Shown here one piece after another: positions 60,320-64,000 of a DNA stretch of 64,000 nucleotides. This DNA is from Amphiscolops sp. MND2022. Lineage: Eukaryota. Each line of letters begins with the position of its first letter. Position 1 is the first letter of the stretch. The notes beneath the pieces were generated by a model. It worked only from the letters and a program-made list of their open reading frames with translations, searched no databases and was not told where the DNA came from. Both the position numbers and the translations under genes were made by a program. The stretch spans positions 28,582,001-28,646,000 of the forward strand of contig OZ076416.1 in NCBI GenBank assembly GCA_964187785.1, given 5' to 3'.

Positions 60320-60676
60320 TTTTTTAGTCGGCGCTTTTCTTAAGAAAAGAGTCGACTATAGTCATGGCTTTTCGTCAGTGTTTTTGTAAGGCCAAATTAG
60401 ACCTGAACTGACCAAAATAGTTCTACCAAAAGTTCTACAAAATTTACAGAAGACGCCAAAATGTGCCTGGAGGCCCAAGGAACTGAACCAAAAAGGTTTC
60501 CCGCGTAACATACAATACCGGACGAGACCAAGGGTCCTCTTTTTCAGTTTTTTTTCGGCATTGTGGGACTTTTTTTCGTAAAAGTGTTCCCAATTCACCA
60601 ATACTTGGAAATTTGAAGTCCTTTTGCTATTTTTGAGCCTTGGATATGGCGCCGACTTGGGCCGTTCCCAGCTTGT
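60320..60676 (-). mobile_element. Copy of the dispersed repeat family (subterminal inverted repeats plus terminal palindrome)
   Basis: AGTCGGCGC 60326-60334 within an imperfect 32-bp palindrome (60326-60357); GCGCCGACT 60649-60657. Confidence 0.72.
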
Positions 60677-62967
60677 TTTTCCTGATTAGGGGATTGAGGT
60701 GTCGTCAGCAAAGATATAGTGATCTTATTATTTTGAGCATACCTTGCCAAATCGTTGATTTAAACAAGGAAAAGGATTGGTCCGAGAATAGACCCCCGAG
60801 GACCACCTGTTCTAATTGGGTGAAAATTTATTGTCTTTTTTTAGCGTTTTGATCGGAATCCAATTTGCATAGGAGAATATTCTACTAGTAATGCAAAATC
60901 TCACCATTTACAATAGAGAAGTTTTTCAAGTAATTTACTAGTTGAACTTAGTCAACTAATTGGTCTATAAATTTCAGGACTATCTTGCTCGCCTTTCTTG
61001 AATATCGGTACAATTTTTGCTACTTCAGGGAAATTTGGGAGTAATTGCTTATCTATACACCTATTGATTGATTTAACTATGTATTTTTTGTTATGGGGAG
61101 CAGCATTTCCCTGCTAATGCCATCATGACTAAAACTGTATGTTCTTTAAACTTCGAATAAGTTTTGAAACCTCTGTTTCATCAGTATATGATAAAACCAT
61201 TGTTTCGTTGTTGTTCGGAACTTTCACAAATTTGTCATTCAGCCCAGACTTTCTTTGACTACTTTTGATATATGGAATTTCAGGTTGTTTTTTGATTTTT
61301 TGATAGATTGTTTTTCAATTTTCTGTGAAAAAAAACTAGTTTTCACTGATTAATTTTTCGCTTTTCGTGTATGGTTCTCACCCAAAAGTTCAATTATTTT
61401 CGTGTAAGACACACTCTAACAAAATAACGAATTCGAAGCCAGCAACACATGTCTGTCTTTTCACGGTGCATTTCGGGAGTTTCCTCCGCTTCTACAACAA
61501 ACAAACAACTTTTTTGAAGAATTTTCTTTTTAATTCGTTGTCAACTCTGACAACAACTGATTACTCTCTGTGACTTGTTTTATTCGTTTTTCACACTCTG
61601 TGTTTAGAGTTCAAATGATCTTTTCGTACATGTAATTGGGTATGGTGTCTACGATCTTTACAAACATATCACGTTCCTAAATGTTTTAGCGAATAGTCAA
61701 CACAGTTGATTTACCAATAAGGGATAGAGAAAAAGATGAAGCCTACCGGTGGCGATACGTTCGATTTGGCATTTTACCCGTTTTACAAAATTGCTTTCCC
61801 AACTTCTAAAGCACTTCACCAAGTCCTGGTTTAGTACCGAGAAATCAGTCAAGCGAAAATGTTTGTTTAGTATGAAAGTTACTCTGATACTGTAGACTCG
61901 GCACAATTGCATTGAAGTCAGTTCACGATTGCGTACCGTCTTCGAGATTTCACCTATGACTGCTTTTCATTTGGTTCTTTTCAGGAAATCTTTGATTTTT
62001 GTTTTTGGTTGTTTTCTGTTTTGCATTTCAGTTTCTTCTATTACTGCTTGTATGTAATCAATGACCAACCAAATTTGGTTGTTTTCTCTTTTTCTTTTCC
62101 ATTTCGTTGGTAGTTGGTGTTTCCAATCAGATGATAACGCAGATAATTCCTTTGACGTATTGTGAAAATTTTCTTCAACTAAGATTTGCGCAAGCAGGCA
62201 TGTTTGTCCAAAAGCGGAATGGATAGTCGTTATGTGCTTGTTCTTTACACCGATCTGGATGTGATGTCACCAAAAACGCTCCGTTTAGCGATGTCGAATG
62301 GATAGCATCCGAATTGGTGCTCGTTGATTTTTTACTTGACTCCGTTCTTTCGATGAAACTTCTAACAGGATGCAATTTGTGGTTATAAGACATTTCCTAT
62401 GCAATTTCAACCGTTTCCATTTCAACCACTCACAATTTCAACCTATTGCATTTTCAACCTACTGCAATTTCAACCAAAACCCATCATTACTATTTGATTC
62501 AAATTCGCTATATAATTACTGTAGGCCGTTCTCGTTTTCATACATTTATAGAATTAAATACGATAATTCCTACCACCGTTTTGATGTCTGATCTAATTTT
62601 AATTTTTTTTCATGAATAATTAACCATGATTAAGCTTGTTTGGTTCATCAATAACTTAGGTAACGGTGTAAAAATCAACCGAATTAGAAGCAATTAGCCG
62701 AAATTAACTTGTGGAAAGCTGAAAATGCAATGAGTTACAATTGTTAGCGGTTGAAATTGCATACTTCGAAATTGCATTTGTCGAAAAGCTCTTTCAACGC
62801 ATTTTGTAGTCACTAGCTTATTGTAATTATTCGAAATAATCTTGCAGCGATAGTCTTTTTGAACTATTTTTGGAGCTGGGTAAAACTTGAAACGAAATTA
62901 TGTACCCTAGACCAAGAAAGTTTTTTTTAGTCAACTGGGAAAATAATTGCCAGACTATCACAGTTGC

Positions 62968-63372
62968 TTTTAGTCGGCGCTTTTATTAATAAAGGAGCCC
63001 GACTATTACAGTCACTCGTTTTTTCTTTTTTAAAAGACAGATTCGAAGCGACGAAATTTTTGTTCAGTTGTTTATTCAACTAAACGAATACGTGGGAAAC
63101 GCATCTTGGTTATCGCAAAGGGTGCCCTTTCGTTTTTACTTTTTACAATTTATTTTATTGATTTTATTGAAGTCACCCCTCGTAATATCCGGAATTAAGC
63201 GCTATATCCAAACTTTTGACGTTATATTCGAACTATATTGCGTTTTTGTTAGGAGGAGACGGAAACAGGTCCGAAAACAGGAGTTTTTCATGAAAACGTT
63301 ATACGCATATTTCAAATCTGCGGTTTTCGAGCCTTAGATATAGCGTCGACTTTAGACGTTCCCGTCTTGTTT
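62968..63372 (-). mobile_element. Copy of the dispersed repeat family
   Basis: AGTCGGCGC 62972-62980 within a palindrome ending at 63004; GCGTCGACT 63343-63351. Confidence 0.65.
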
Positions 63373-63437
63373 TCTTTGACATTGACATGAACCGACCAAA
63401 ACGGATACGGCGGTCAGTATGCCCGGTCAAAGTGATA

Positions 63438-63518
63438 CGTCAATTGGCATAGTGGTTTTGGTGTTACATTCCTGAGCAGCAGGACGCGGTTCGATTCCCG
63501 CTTGTGTCCAATTTTTTT
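63438..63518 (+). ncRNA. tRNA-derived Pol III-type unit (SINE head or tRNA pseudogene)
   Basis: A box TGGCATAGTGG (63445-63455); B box GGTTCGATTCC (63488-63498) at tRNA-like spacing; T7 run 63512-63518; cloverleaf incomplete. Confidence 0.5.
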
Positions 63519-64000
63519 CCGTCATCCTATTTCAGAAACATGAATTTTACCACAAATGATAAGCATGCAAATATCATGAATTATAGAGACCTGACAAGAA
63601 CAGGAGAGTCTTTTGTAATTCGATGAGAAAAATATCTGACGTCATCAAGCTATTGTCCATTTCTAGCGTCTCCGGCAGTACAAAAACAGTCCATTTTCCT
63701 ACGCAAATTGATTTTACGACTAATAATGAAGGTAATGAATTCACCTCCTACCTCCTATTCGAATCTAAAAAACGGGGTAAAAAGTCAACAGGAGCCTCTT
63801 TTTTTCTATGCTACTTCTTCATTGCATATTATTTACTCCCTGTTTTCCGAATTCTAGTCCCAGGCAACTACGTTATGGTGGTCTAGGTGTACATGGTTAT
63901 TTGGGAAATTCTACGCTAACTTTTGAGAAGTTAAGGGAAATACTATACCAATTGTAATCAGTTTGCTAATTTTCCCATATCTACTTTTTCCGCATCATTC

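Noticed and set aside
63434-63510. Functional tRNA gene
   Set aside because: The acceptor stem does not pair in register with the A box, the T stem is short by one base, and there is no 7-nt anticodon loop

Overview
Eukaryotic, animal-like, AT-rich, intron-containing DNA; no prokaryotic operons, rRNA or true CRISPR. The species cannot be established from the sequence. (1) 4300-24592 is a decayed, unusually large Ty3/Gypsy LTR retrotransposon: ~2-kb LTRs with TGTCGC...GCGACA ends and a CCCC target-site duplication, enlarged by two internal tandem duplications. Besides gag/RT/RNaseH/integrase it carries unusual cargo: a TARG1/OARD1-like macrodomain just upstream of RT, a TRAF-type MATH-domain ORF next to the PPT, an antisense ORF diverging from it across a palindromic spacer, and an LTR array of 46-47-bp hairpin units with compensatory substitutions. 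This cargo is the best candidate for an undescribed system, possibly counter-immunity; that role is inference. (2) Two tandem host genes on +: a PPIG-like SR-cyclophilin (29197-32744, 2 coding exons) and an ANKMY1-like MORN-ankyrin-MYND gene (33297-~47725, multi-exon). (3) A near-intact 5.4-kb Mag-like Gypsy element on - (54169-59570; 197-bp LTRs, TACTC TSD). (4) A dispersed non-autonomous repeat family with subterminal inverted repeats and a terminal palindrome, LINE and gag remnants, and a tRNA-derived Pol III-like unit. All protein family calls come from recalled motif recognition, not database searches.
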